Origin: a virus
Length of the DNA stretch: 64,000 nucleotides
Strand: one strand, 5' to 3'
IMG/VR virus record: IMGVR_UViG_3300022226_000003
Location: 13,535-77,534 of that record
Every line of letters begins with the position of its first letter. Position 1 is the first letter of the stretch. The notes below the pieces were generated by a model. That model worked only from the letters and a program-made list of their open reading frames with translations, was not told where the DNA came from and searched no databases. The position numbers were made by a program, and so were the translations under genes. Of this stretch, positions 1 through 10,143 are shown in pieces.

Positions 1-4
1 GGCA

Positions 5-814
5 ATGGCCATCGATGACGCCGGAACTACGGGCTTTCTGTATGGACAATTGCTAACCGGCCTCACACCCACAAATAACCAAACACTTTATGGTGGAACT
101 TCAAACTCTACCGTGGATGTAAATGGCGCAGTATCCGTTCGTACGATCAACAACCAATACATGGGTGTTTATACTGGAACAAACTTCCAGACTAACTTCG
201 GTATTGCAATTGATCCGTTGAATGCTATCCTGGGAGATCTGAACAGGAACTTAGCTGATACTCAACAAGGTGTTCCGGACAACCAACAAGGTGTTGTCGG
301 CAACTTACAAGAGGGTGATGTCGTTACTGTATATCCTTGGGATGGTTCTACTCTTGATGCAAATGGAGACAGAGCACCTTTTTATGCAGAGACCACTATT
401 ACGGCCACAGTTACGGGTGGTGTTTCAACCACAATAGCAGCGGCTGCAATTCCCGATAATACTCCTTCAGCTGGTTTCTTGAGACTTGAAAGAGATTCTG
501 ATGGTAATTTCGATTTAATTGAATATGTTTCTTATTCAGGCTTAACTTATACTCTCGGTGGAAGTACTCCAACTGTACCCAACACAGCCACTTCAGGTAA
601 TAACCTGATGAGGGCGTTTATTGATGCAGTGGTTGCGGTGGCAGGACCTACCCAGCTATCCTACACAGCTGTAAAGGGTGCTGGTAATACGAATGTAGCA
701 ATCAAGGTCAGGAATGGTGGAACTCTCAACGGTCCCATTAAACCTAACCCGATCAACGCAACATTCGGTGCGACCGGCTTTAACGTAAACGCGACTAGAA
801 TCAGTGATGCCTAA
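5..814 (+). CDS. Virion structural protein, probably the C-terminal part of a gene starting before the window
   Basis: G/T/N/V-rich beta-type composition; stop is 2 nt before the next ATG; at the window edge. Confidence 0.5.
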   Translation: MAIDDAGTTGFLYGQLLTGLTPTNNQTLYGGTSNSTVDVNGAVSVRTINNQYMGVYTGTNFQTNFGIAIDPLNAILGDLNRNLADTQQGVPDNQQGVVGNLQEGDVVTVYPWDGSTLDANGDRAPFYAETTITATVTGGVSTTIAAAAIPDNTPSAGFLRLERDSDGNFDLIEYVSYSGLTYTLGGSTPTVPNTATSGNNLMRAFIDAVVAVAGPTQLSYTAVKGAGNTNVAIKVRNGGTLNGPIKPNPINATFGATGFNVNATRISDA

Positions 815-816
815 TA

Positions 817-2091
817 ATGGCCACACAGATAAATCGTGTAACCGGGGTTATATTTGTTCCTAGAGCAGATATGACTCTTGTTCAATCTAATCCTACTGAG
901 ATACGAGAGTTAGATCTTAATCAGTGGAGATTGATATTACGTGATTTAGATGACGATGTTGATGGTCGTTTATGGCCGGACACTCATTCACATAATGAAG
1001 ATGTTATTGTGGGTGGTGTTAGCTTGGCGGACGTATTGATAATTTCTGATTATTATACTGTTACTTTTGAGGATGGCCAATATGCAGTAAATTTGAGGGG
1101 CCTCAATTCAAATGTAGGTGACAGGGTAAATGTCAATCAGGTATCAGTACGTTCAGCTAATTCCGCAGGATTGGTGAATTCCAGAGCAATAGAGTCCATT
1201 GAATACGACAGAAGAGTGACTTTGGATCAGAACAATGTGACAGGTAATTCTAGGCCAGGTTCGGTGGCACCCACAGGGACATTGAGACAGCCCTCGGATA
1301 ATGTTGGAGACACCTTGATAATTGCGGCATTTAACGGTTTCGACACTATTCACTTAATTGGTGATGTACTGTTTACTACAGGTGATACCATAAATGACTT
1401 AACGATACACGGACAAAATCCTACAAGAAGTCTTGTTACCATCGATGCTGCAGCTAATTGTCTGAATTGTGAATTTGAGAATTCGGCTTTAACTGGTGTT
1501 CTTGACGGCGGTTCCATAATCAAAGATTGCGTGATAATCGGGTTAAATTACATAAATGGTACTGTTAAAAACTGTCGATTAGATCCCACTTTCAATCATG
1601 TATTGGGCGGAACTTCAGCGGATTATGCTTTCTTTAACAATTGCACAAGTGGGCAACCGGGTCCGACAACACCTGTTATAGATTGTGGCGGAGATGGTCC
1701 AAATTTATTTATGAGTGGATATTCAGGTGGATTAAAGCTAATAAATAAGACCGGTACAGCAGCATTTACGATAGGTCTCGGTGAAGGTTCCATCATCATA
1801 GATCTTGACACTGTCACTAATGGAACAATCATCATACGTGGTGATGGTCACGTAACAGATCAATTAGGCAATCATCTTGATAGTGGTACTTATGGTACTT
1901 TAACTTTGATAAATCAAACAGTAGATGGTGCAGAGATACATGAGAAAGTGTCTGAGATGTGGTCAAGATCTGATTTGAATCCAGACACTCCAAATACATA
2001 TGCAAATGATGCATCTAGTATTTCAAATGATAAATTTACTATAACTCGTACCGATAATGGGAATGGTACTTTCACAACACAGAGGTCTTAA
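817..2091 (+). CDS. Putative virion protein with beta-helix-like central region
   Basis: 424 aa; short beta repeats (NCLNCEFENS, IKDCVI, VKNCRL); lies in a tightly coupled structural operon. Confidence 0.45.
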   Translation: MATQINRVTGVIFVPRADMTLVQSNPTEIRELDLNQWRLILRDLDDDVDGRLWPDTHSHNEDVIVGGVSLADVLIISDYYTVTFEDGQYAVNLRGLNSNVGDRVNVNQVSVRSANSAGLVNSRAIESIEYDRRVTLDQNNVTGNSRPGSVAPTGTLRQPSDNVGDTLIIAAFNGFDTIHLIGDVLFTTGDTINDLTIHGQNPTRSLVTIDAAANCLNCEFENSALTGVLDGGSIIKDCVIIGLNYINGTVKNCRLDPTFNHVLGGTSADYAFFNNCTSGQPGPTTPVIDCGGDGPNLFMSGYSGGLKLINKTGTAAFTIGLGEGSIIIDLDTVTNGTIIIRGDGHVTDQLGNHLDSGTYGTLTLINQTVDGAEIHEKVSEMWSRSDLNPDTPNTYANDASSISNDKFTITRTDNGNGTFTTQRS

Positions 2092-2094
2092 ATA

Positions 2095-2580
2095 ATGGCA
2101 AATGAAGTTTTTAACATCGCAAAAGGCGAAGTTAATGGGTACGTAAATAGGGTAATCAATAATGATCCCACCAATGCAGGTCTTTATGTTATTTTATTAC
2201 AGACCGCTGAGGCTGACGCCACTTTACGTGATCACGATACACTGGCAGCAATTTTAGCAGGTGCTAATACAGAAGCAACTTTTACTAACTACACTCGTGC
2301 GGCTGTTACTATTACTGATGTTACAAATACACCAACTGTTACCGTAGATGATACTAATGATCGACGTGAAGCTGACTTCCCTGACATCACAATTTCAAGT
2401 GCAGGTGGAGCTACCAATAATACTCTCGCTAAAGGTATTGTTTGTTATGTGCCTGATGTAATAACACCCAGTGCTGATAATTTGATTATTCCTTTAACTC
2501 ATCACGATTTCGTAGTTACCACTAATGGTAATGATCTTATTATTCAGGTAGATCCTCTCGGATTCCATCGTGCTGCTTAG
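2095..2580 (+). CDS. Putative virion structural protein
   Basis: 161 aa, T/A/N-rich; operon context. Confidence 0.45.
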   Translation: MANEVFNIAKGEVNGYVNRVINNDPTNAGLYVILLQTAEADATLRDHDTLAAILAGANTEATFTNYTRAAVTITDVTNTPTVTVDDTNDRREADFPDITISSAGGATNNTLAKGIVCYVPDVITPSADNLIIPLTHHDFVVTTNGNDLIIQVDPLGFHRAA

Positions 2581-2592
2581 GAGGTATAAATA

Positions 2593-2994
2593 ATGGTAGA
2601 CTATGTGGCTTTAAAAGCCGAACTTGACGCAGGGCATCCTGATACAGGTCTTTATAATGTAGATGATGCTATTGCACTTTCTCAAATTAATTTAGCTAAT
2701 CGTACAAGAATTAAGCCTACAGTATCAGGTGCTGAGATTGCCGATGCAACCGATACTACTGAATTCGCTGCATTAACACCCACAGATCAAAATAGATGGC
2801 TTGCAATGTGTGCTATCAATACTTTAGATACTACAGGTGGTATTGCAGGAGCATTAGAAGCAGCCCTTTTCGGTGTTGCTACTGCAACCAGAGCTAACCT
2901 AGTTGCTCTTAGAGAAGAAACTGTAAGTCGTGCAGTAGAGTTATTCGGCTCAGATCTTATTATTGGTGATATTCAAAATGCGAGGGCCTTGTAA
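2593..2994 (+). CDS. Hypothetical protein
   Basis: GGAGG RBS; TAATG overlap with the next gene. Confidence 0.6.
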   Translation: MVDYVALKAELDAGHPDTGLYNVDDAIALSQINLANRTRIKPTVSGAEIADATDTTEFAALTPTDQNRWLAMCAINTLDTTGGIAGALEAALFGVATATRANLVALREETVSRAVELFGSDLIIGDIQNARAL

Positions 2995-3458
2995 TGGTTG
3001 ATGCAGTACTCAGTGGGTATAAAGAAGAAGCCCAGTCCGTTGTTTTCAGCGGCACACAGCAAATTAATTCCTTATTGGACAATGAATGGACAGATCCTTC
3101 AGATGTAATTGATAACAGTAGTTTAAAATATTTATTTGCAGATATTGAATTAGTTTTAGGTAGTGCTGCTTTTACAGGCACTGATTCTTCAATTGAATTG
3201 TATTTAATACCTTCAGTTGACGGCACAAACTATCCAGACTGGGTTGGTAATGTCACTACCGACGAACAGGAAAACAATAAACACTTTATTGGCTCTATGG
3301 TTACGAGTGGATCGACTGCTGCGCAAAGAATGACGTTACGTGCTGTTGCGATGCCTCCTGGTAAATTTAAGTTTGGTATTCGTAGTCGTGCTAATGTGAC
3401 ACTTGCCGCTTCAGGTAATACACTTAAATTTCGTCGTTGGAATTATTCGAGTCAGTAA
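2994..3458 (+). CDS. Hypothetical beta-sandwich virion protein
   Basis: 154 aa; translational coupling. Confidence 0.45.
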   Translation: MVDAVLSGYKEEAQSVVFSGTQQINSLLDNEWTDPSDVIDNSSLKYLFADIELVLGSAAFTGTDSSIELYLIPSVDGTNYPDWVGNVTTDEQENNKHFIGSMVTSGSTAAQRMTLRAVAMPPGKFKFGIRSRANVTLAASGNTLKFRRWNYSSQ

Positions 3459-3460
3459 AA

Positions 3461-4249
3461 GTGTCAAAAAACAAAACACTTAATTTCCCAATACTGAGCT
3501 CGCCCGAGTTACAAATTCCCGGACGAAAACCAGTTGGTCTAGTGGAGATTGATTGGCAAAACTCGATAACTAATGATCTAAAATTTTGCGTCCCTTTTAT
3601 CAATGGTTGGCATGAGTTAGTAAATAATCAACAGGCTGATACTTCGACGTTGGATGCCAATAATTTTATGAGCAGCCATCTAGGCGAAAAGGCTTTTCGA
3701 TTTGGCGGTGATCATAATGAATATATCGAATATCCTAATGATCCCGGGTTCGCCTTCAATCAAACGAAGGGCTATACAATACTAGCAAGAATTTCCTTAG
3801 ACTCTATAGCAGACTTTCGGTCGATTTGTTGTTATAAGCTGACTGATGATAGTGAGCCTTTTCTGATGTTTTACTCTAATGATGCTTCGTATTCTTCGCT
3901 TTCTTGGGGAAATCTAACTATCTCTGAAAAAGGTATAAATACCGGGGATATCAATATAACACCCGGAGATGGTCAATTTCACACTATTATTATTACAATG
4001 GATGGCGTGAATCCTGTTAATATATCTTCTTGGAATTGTTGGATTGATGGTGTTCCTCTAACTATTAATACTCAAGGTAATTTTGGGTCGGTCGGAAATA
4101 CTACTAAATTAGGCGCTTGGGATAATACTTTGCATGAGTGGCCCGGATTTGTATCTTTACAAGCTAGATGGGATAGGTCTTTAAATGACGTCGAAGTAAT
4201 AAGCTTATTTAAAGACCCATATCAAATTTTCAGGCCGAGGATTCGCTAA
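3461..4249 (+). CDS. LamG/concanavalin A-like lectin domain protein
   Basis: LamG-like pattern (YTILARI...FHTIIIT...WIDG...WDRSLNDVEV..L..PY); GTG 3461 chosen as start because it follows the upstream stop. Confidence 0.65.
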   Translation: MSKNKTLNFPILSSPELQIPGRKPVGLVEIDWQNSITNDLKFCVPFINGWHELVNNQQADTSTLDANNFMSSHLGEKAFRFGGDHNEYIEYPNDPGFAFNQTKGYTILARISLDSIADFRSICCYKLTDDSEPFLMFYSNDASYSSLSWGNLTISEKGINTGDINITPGDGQFHTIIITMDGVNPVNISSWNCWIDGVPLTINTQGNFGSVGNTTKLGAWDNTLHEWPGFVSLQARWDRSLNDVEVISLFKDPYQIFRPRIR

Positions 4250-6645
4250 TGTTGATCACGATACCCGAAGACGAAACGAAGCCGCATGTCATACCTGAAC
4301 TGCCGTTTAAAACTTATGACTCGATGTTGTTCAATGCGAGCCTCGCAACATATGCTACGCAAAATATTAATATACTCGTTAATCCTGCTGGTGCTTATAC
4401 ATTCGCTTGTTGGTTTCATATGACTACTGCCTCGAATCTCGAAGAATATATGCTTATGAATATAAGTGATGAAAATTTGAGTGATTTTATTAATATGCGA
4501 GTCAGTGATTTAACGCCGGGCCCACCAGCTTTTGAGTTCAATGTAAGAGCCCAGGGCACGGCAACTCAATCGGCCAATGCAAGTCCAGTCGTGCCATTTC
4601 AACAAGGGTGGCACCACGGTGTCGCAGTACAGTATGCAACAAATGACAGACACGCAATTTTAGATGGTCATATTGAGGGAATCAATACCGTTGACTTAAC
4701 TCCGGTGGGCCTAGTGCATGTTAATGTCGGTGCACACGTATACAACAACCGTAATAATCGCATCGATCATCATGACGGGTATATATGCTTGCCAGCAATA
4801 TGGAATGTCGGTTTAACAAAGGGCGAAATCAAGCAACTGTCAGAGGGCGTGCATCCGACAAAAATCAGGCCGGGCAACTTGGTCGCTTTATATAATAGTC
4901 GCGGAATAGATTTGATAAGCGGTAGAAATTTAACATTCTTTAACGGCGTTCAATCTAGTCAATTTTCACCGCCTTTTAAAAACGATTCCTACATATTCCC
5001 GTCAATAGATGATGAAAAATCTGTTATGCCGACTAAAACGCCCGAATTATATATTCACGAGCGTAAGCCAATTATCGGGCCGGTTGAAATAAATTTCACT
5101 AATTACCCAAAAATTAAATCGGCGTATTTATTCAATAGTCAGTCTGGTGCTAAGGATATTCTGGACCCGTCGACAGAATCAACACCTCAAGGCACTGCAA
5201 TCGTTGGGCCGTTTGGTTTAAAAACCTTTAACAATGCCAACGACTCGATGTATATCGGTACGAATAAATTAAATAGTATTTGTAACGGCGCGCAAGTCGT
5301 TATTTTTCACATCGGCTTTCGGGCAAGCTTTGACAGAGCTTCGAATGTAATTTTAGACGCTTATATTAACGGAGCTACGACGAACAGTTTTTATATATAT
5401 TTAACAGCTGCGGGCAACCTTACGGTTGGCGGCCGTAGCCAAGCTGGCGAAGTATTTGAAGACGGGGTATCTACTGGCGAAGAGTTTAAATCAGGCGAGG
5501 ATCATTTTGTAGAAATTATTTACGATTACGTCGGCGACAAAATCGTCGCCTATAAAGATGATCGCACAGTACTAAATCAGACAGTTACGTGGGATAGTGA
5601 TACTCTTGTGGCAGGCGTCTCTACCGTTCAGGATGGTTTAGGCGGCACGGCCCACAGAAGCCGAAACTCGGCAATGACGATATATTATTTTGCTGTCGAG
5701 ACATACGATGAAAGACCAATCACGCTTAATAAAAGAAGCTCGACAAGAAACCCTTATGGGCTTCTAAAACAAAGCCGCCCTGACGTTTTAATAGGTGAAA
5801 CGCAACCAGCTAATGGCTTTAATATTCCTGATGCAAAAGTTGAAATGCCTTCTTTATTTATTCCGGGTCGTAAACCAATAGGTGAAATGGAAATCGATTG
5901 GCAAAACCCGATAACATATAATTTAGAGCTATATCTACCTTTTTCAAATGCGCAGCCTCTTGCTGATTTGACTGGTAAAAATGGTGATCGTGAGTTTGTC
6001 ACTCCTTATGGTTCTCCTTCTAGGCATGTAGTAAGTGGTAGAGAATGTTGGGGTTTTAATCTAGCGGGTGGCGCAACGCAACATATATCAGTTGGTGAAG
6101 GGGCTTGCCGTCCCGGTTCTGATAATTTTAGCTATGGTTGTTGGGTTTGGATGGATGGCGGTATATCAACTGAATCTATAAATGTATTTATGTCTGCATC
6201 AGCGCCAATTGATGACGGCGATAGGTACGGATTTTGGGGAAATGATTCAAACACAACCTTTACCGCCCAATATCATGAGGGTGGCCCCGGTAATGTAGTT
6301 GAGCTTGTCAACTCAGGCGAAACTCCAGCGGATTACGAAAACAAATGGGTTTTCCTTCTCCACGTACTAGATCGCAATGCCGCAACGCCTACAATGTATT
6401 TATACCGCGATGGTATTTTGGTTGGCTCATCAACTGATCCGAAAATTAGTAACACGGCATTTGAAGATCCGGGTTTTGATTTAAAAATCGCCGCTTATGG
6501 AGACGCTATTCCAACGGTCGAGAGTGATAATCGCTTTGAATTACGCGGTTATATTTCTGATGCTTATTGGTGGCGTCGAGCTTTAACTCAATCAGAAGTT
6601 ATAGAACTTTCTAAAAATCCTTATCAATTCTTGGTACCTAAATAA
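4249..6645 (+). CDS. Multi-LamG (about 3 domains) adhesin/fibre protein
   Basis: YTFACWF...WHHGVAV...IWNVGLTKGEI and FSYGCWV...WVFLLHV...LYRDG...WRRALTQSEV; recurring RKPxGxxEI leader motif. Confidence 0.7.
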   Translation: MLITIPEDETKPHVIPELPFKTYDSMLFNASLATYATQNINILVNPAGAYTFACWFHMTTASNLEEYMLMNISDENLSDFINMRVSDLTPGPPAFEFNVRAQGTATQSANASPVVPFQQGWHHGVAVQYATNDRHAILDGHIEGINTVDLTPVGLVHVNVGAHVYNNRNNRIDHHDGYICLPAIWNVGLTKGEIKQLSEGVHPTKIRPGNLVALYNSRGIDLISGRNLTFFNGVQSSQFSPPFKNDSYIFPSIDDEKSVMPTKTPELYIHERKPIIGPVEINFTNYPKIKSAYLFNSQSGAKDILDPSTESTPQGTAIVGPFGLKTFNNANDSMYIGTNKLNSICNGAQVVIFHIGFRASFDRASNVILDAYINGATTNSFYIYLTAAGNLTVGGRSQAGEVFEDGVSTGEEFKSGEDHFVEIIYDYVGDKIVAYKDDRTVLNQTVTWDSDTLVAGVSTVQDGLGGTAHRSRNSAMTIYYFAVETYDERPITLNKRSSTRNPYGLLKQSRPDVLIGETQPANGFNIPDAKVEMPSLFIPGRKPIGEMEIDWQNPITYNLELYLPFSNAQPLADLTGKNGDREFVTPYGSPSRHVVSGRECWGFNLAGGATQHISVGEGACRPGSDNFSYGCWVWMDGGISTESINVFMSASAPIDDGDRYGFWGNDSNTTFTAQYHEGGPGNVVELVNSGETPADYENKWVFLLHVLDRNAATPTMYLYRDGILVGSSTDPKISNTAFEDPGFDLKIAAYGDAIPTVESDNRFELRGYISDAYWWRRALTQSEVIELSKNPYQFLVPK

Positions 6646-7937
6646 TGGCTAGAGCGTCCAGAATATTTGTAGGTAAAGTTCCTGCGGTAACAGTACAAGA
6701 AATACTGACACCCGTAAGTGCTACTTTAGGACAAGCGGTAGAAACTGATACTGCATTTGAGTTAGCTCCTATAAGTGATATCATAGGTACCTTAGGACAA
6801 GCGGTAGAAACTGACACTTCTAATCAGTTGTATAGTCCTGAAACTATAGGGCAGGCAGTAGAAACTGATACCGCATTCGAATTGGCCCCTATAAGTGATG
6901 TAATAGGAACTTTGGGGCAAGCCATTGAAACAGATACTTCTTTTGATTTCACCCCGGTTACCAATGTTACAGGTACTCTAGGACAGGCTGTAGAAACTGA
7001 TACTGCGCAAGAAGTATCAGGTATTACGAACGTCACAGGATTGCTCTCACAGGCTCAAGAGGTGGGCACTGCGGGAGAACTTTACGTTCCTAATACCATC
7101 ATAAGGGCCACGGAAACGGATCAGGCTGGCGTACTCTCGGGCACTCTGGACGTCACTGGGATGCTGAATCAGGCCGTCGAAACCGATACCGCTAATGAAT
7201 TATACAGTCCTGAAACAATAGCGCAAGCGATAGAAGCCGATACTGCTAACACTATTACTCCTATAACAAACGTTACAGGAACATTAGGACAGGCCGCCGA
7301 GACCGATACTGCACAGGCATTTACAGGATTAGTTGTTGTAGCTGGTTTATTAGGACAGGCTACTGAAACTGATACCGCGCAGACTATTACAGCTATTACG
7401 CCTGTAGTAGGTACATTATCCCAAGTTATTGAAGTTGATACTGCAGGTAATATAACACCTAGGACAGCTACAACAATTGTTCTTGGGCAGGCTGTTGAAA
7501 CTGATACTGCACAGGTATTAAGTGGTATAATAGCAGTCTCAGGTGTACTTATTCAAGCTACTGAGACCAATACTGCTAACAATATAATACCTATAAATGC
7601 CACAGTAGGTACATTAGGGCAAGCTACTGAGACTGATACTGCTCAAATATTTACTCCTGCAACATTAACAAGTAATGCTACTGTTGATATTATAGGTGGT
7701 GAAAACTTATCTAATTTGACATATATTGTATTTGACTCTTATGATCTTTCAACTGCAAATGTTATAAAACAAGGTGTTGGAGAAAGCACTGATGTAAATG
7801 GTAACTTAGTTGTGGATTTGGGTGGCACAGGAGTGGCTAATAATGATCCTATAACGATAGTAGTAACTAATTATACAACTACACCTACTGTAAATAGCAG
7901 AGCGGCTGTTTGTTATACTAATGCTGTGGTAGCCTAA
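6645..7937 (+). CDS. Repeat-rich fibre/stalk protein with about 15 TLGQAVETDTA-like repeats
   Basis: 18-22-aa repeats counted in the translation. Confidence 0.65.
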   Translation: MARASRIFVGKVPAVTVQEILTPVSATLGQAVETDTAFELAPISDIIGTLGQAVETDTSNQLYSPETIGQAVETDTAFELAPISDVIGTLGQAIETDTSFDFTPVTNVTGTLGQAVETDTAQEVSGITNVTGLLSQAQEVGTAGELYVPNTIIRATETDQAGVLSGTLDVTGMLNQAVETDTANELYSPETIAQAIEADTANTITPITNVTGTLGQAAETDTAQAFTGLVVVAGLLGQATETDTAQTITAITPVVGTLSQVIEVDTAGNITPRTATTIVLGQAVETDTAQVLSGIIAVSGVLIQATETNTANNIIPINATVGTLGQATETDTAQIFTPATLTSNATVDIIGGENLSNLTYIVFDSYDLSTANVIKQGVGESTDVNGNLVVDLGGTGVANNDPITIVVTNYTTTPTVNSRAAVCYTNAVVA

Positions 7938-8233
7938 TGAAGCTTAATGTTTGGGAAGACCTTAATACTTGGATAAAAACTTCTCCAAATTCTCCTTTAC
8001 TTTGTGTATGGAAACCTTTAAATACCTGGATTGAACAATTACCAGGACTAGGTATCTATTGGGGAGTAAATACAGGTTGGGCAAATAGTTGTGGTGATGA
8101 ATTATTCACACTTGGATGGATTCAATGTGATCAAGAACCTACTGGCGTCTTTAATAGAACCAGAAAGGTAACTAGAATGGTGAATTTTGGAAAAATTAAA
8201 CCTTTCTTAAAACATCCTAGATTTAAAGTATGA
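7937..8233 (+). CDS. Trp-rich hypothetical protein
   Basis: TAATG coupling; duplicated VWxxLNTWI. Confidence 0.55.
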   Translation: MKLNVWEDLNTWIKTSPNSPLLCVWKPLNTWIEQLPGLGIYWGVNTGWANSCGDELFTLGWIQCDQEPTGVFNRTRKVTRMVNFGKIKPFLKHPRFKV

Positions 8234-8241
8234 GGAACACC

Positions 8242-8562
8242 ATGTCTGATGAAAAAGAAGTAAATGATGGCGAGTTGACAGAATTGGAAAAACGTGCAGA
8301 TGAAGAAGCGCAAGCTTCTCGGGAAAAACTGAAAGCAGTACCTCAAGTTACAACACCTGATACATCTCCGGCACCCGCAACTGCACCGCCCACACCACCT
8401 CCTGCACCTGTAGCTTCCGGCAAAGGTTTCGAAGGTAATGATAGACGTCCTTGTTACTGGAATATTACTAAAACTGAAACAGGGATTGACGCTCGAAATA
8501 GTCTTACCGGTAATATATTCAAAGGTACCGTTGAAGAATTTAACGCGAAACTCAGAGGCTAA
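8242..8562 (+). CDS. Hypothetical protein with Pro-rich linker
   Basis: GAGGA RBS before ATG 8242. Confidence 0.6.
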   Translation: MSDEKEVNDGELTELEKRADEEAQASREKLKAVPQVTTPDTSPAPATAPPTPPPAPVASGKGFEGNDRRPCYWNITKTETGIDARNSLTGNIFKGTVEEFNAKLRG

Positions 8563-8566
8563 TTAA

Positions 8567-10135
8567 ATGGCTGTTGCGAACGCTGCTGATAGTACAAAGA
8601 AAGTTGGCGATCCTAATGCAGAATATGAATCCATGCGGGATATTTGGCAAAAATGCAGAGCTATTTGTAGCGGCGAAAGATTCGCAAAAGCCTTGGATAC
8701 ATATTTAGATATACATGGATACAGTAATCTTTTAATCCCATTTTCACCCTCAATGACTGATGCACAATACAAATTCTATAAAGCAGAAGCAGAACTACCC
8801 GGTATTACTGCACAGTTTGCGAGGATGTTAGTGGGAGGTCTTCTCAGAAAAGAGCCCATGTTGGAACTCCCGGATGGTATGAATGAAGATATTCAAAATT
8901 GGATGATGAATAATTTCACTCAAGATAATTCTACGATAACTTCATTCTTAGACGATATTCTTTGGGAAGAGATACAAACAGGCAGAGCGTGGATTTATGT
9001 GGATTATCCAGTAATACCTGATGTAGAAAATGCTACCCAGGAAGAAATCTTCGATTTAGCGCCATTTCCTGTTATGTGGAAAGCTGAAAATATTATAAAT
9101 TGGCGGGTTAGTCCTGACGAGGTAGGGAATGCCATTTTAAGACAGGTTATCATAAAGGGTTCTGTCGCTAGGTATACTGATAATGAATTTCATCCTGAAT
9201 TTATTGAAACTGTGTATGTGCATGAGTTAGATGATACGGGACATTACCAGATAAGAGTTTTTGAAAAGCAATCCATCGAGGCGAAAGTACCTGTTGTGGC
9301 CGGACAAAAATTTGTGGATAATCGAAAAACCACAGATAATTTTGTTTTGGTGAAGACAATTCAAGATATTAAAGCTGCTGGTGAAAGATTGAAATTGATT
9401 CCCGCTTGGCCTTTAAATGGAACTATCTCAGTCTCTGAACCAATATTGTCGCCAATTGTAGATAAAGAAGTTAGCCTATATAATAAGGTTAGCCGCAGGA
9501 ACCATCTGTTATATGGTGCCTCTACATATACACCTATTATCAAATCAGATATGTTAGATGAAGATTTTGACAAGATAGTGGATAGTGGATTAGGCACATG
9601 GATAAAACTTGGAAGAGATGATGATGCTTCTGTTTTAGAAACACCCACAGCTGCATTAAAAGATATGGACAGGGCCATCGCTGCCGCAATTGAGGAAATG
9701 GCCAAATTAGGTATCAGAATGTTGTCTCCTGAAACAGCACAATCTGGTGTTGCTTTGGAACTGAGAAATGCCGCGCAGAATGCTCAATTAGGTTCTTTAA
9801 ATAATAAAGTTAGTGTGACTATCTCGAAAGTCATAGCTTTTATGATTTTTTGGAAGACAGGCGATGAAATTAAAGATTCTGATATTGGTTTTCAACTATC
9901 TGCGGATTTCAACCCAATACCTCTTGGTGCGGATTGGTTAAGACTCGCGACAGAATGGTATGAAAATGGCTTAATACCGCGAAGCATTTGGTTACAAATA
10001 CTTAAACAGAATGATATAATGCCTCCGGATTATGATGATGACGACGGTTTGAAAGAAATAAATAATGATGAAATATTATTAAAGAAAGAGAAACAAAATG
10101 AAGAGTTCTTTGATGATGTGAATACCGAGGCTTAA
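8567..10135 (+). CDS. Portal protein (DUF4055-like)
   Basis: 522 aa; position before the MuF gene; typical motifs (SGVALELR, GLIPRSIWLQILKQ, acidic tail). Confidence 0.85.
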   Translation: MAVANAADSTKKVGDPNAEYESMRDIWQKCRAICSGERFAKALDTYLDIHGYSNLLIPFSPSMTDAQYKFYKAEAELPGITAQFARMLVGGLLRKEPMLELPDGMNEDIQNWMMNNFTQDNSTITSFLDDILWEEIQTGRAWIYVDYPVIPDVENATQEEIFDLAPFPVMWKAENIINWRVSPDEVGNAILRQVIIKGSVARYTDNEFHPEFIETVYVHELDDTGHYQIRVFEKQSIEAKVPVVAGQKFVDNRKTTDNFVLVKTIQDIKAAGERLKLIPAWPLNGTISVSEPILSPIVDKEVSLYNKVSRRNHLLYGASTYTPIIKSDMLDEDFDKIVDSGLGTWIKLGRDDDASVLETPTAALKDMDRAIAAAIEEMAKLGIRMLSPETAQSGVALELRNAAQNAQLGSLNNKVSVTISKVIAFMIFWKTGDEIKDSDIGFQLSADFNPIPLGADWLRLATEWYENGLIPRSIWLQILKQNDIMPPDYDDDDGLKEINNDEILLKKEKQNEEFFDDVNTEA

Positions 10136-10143
10136 GTAAAATA

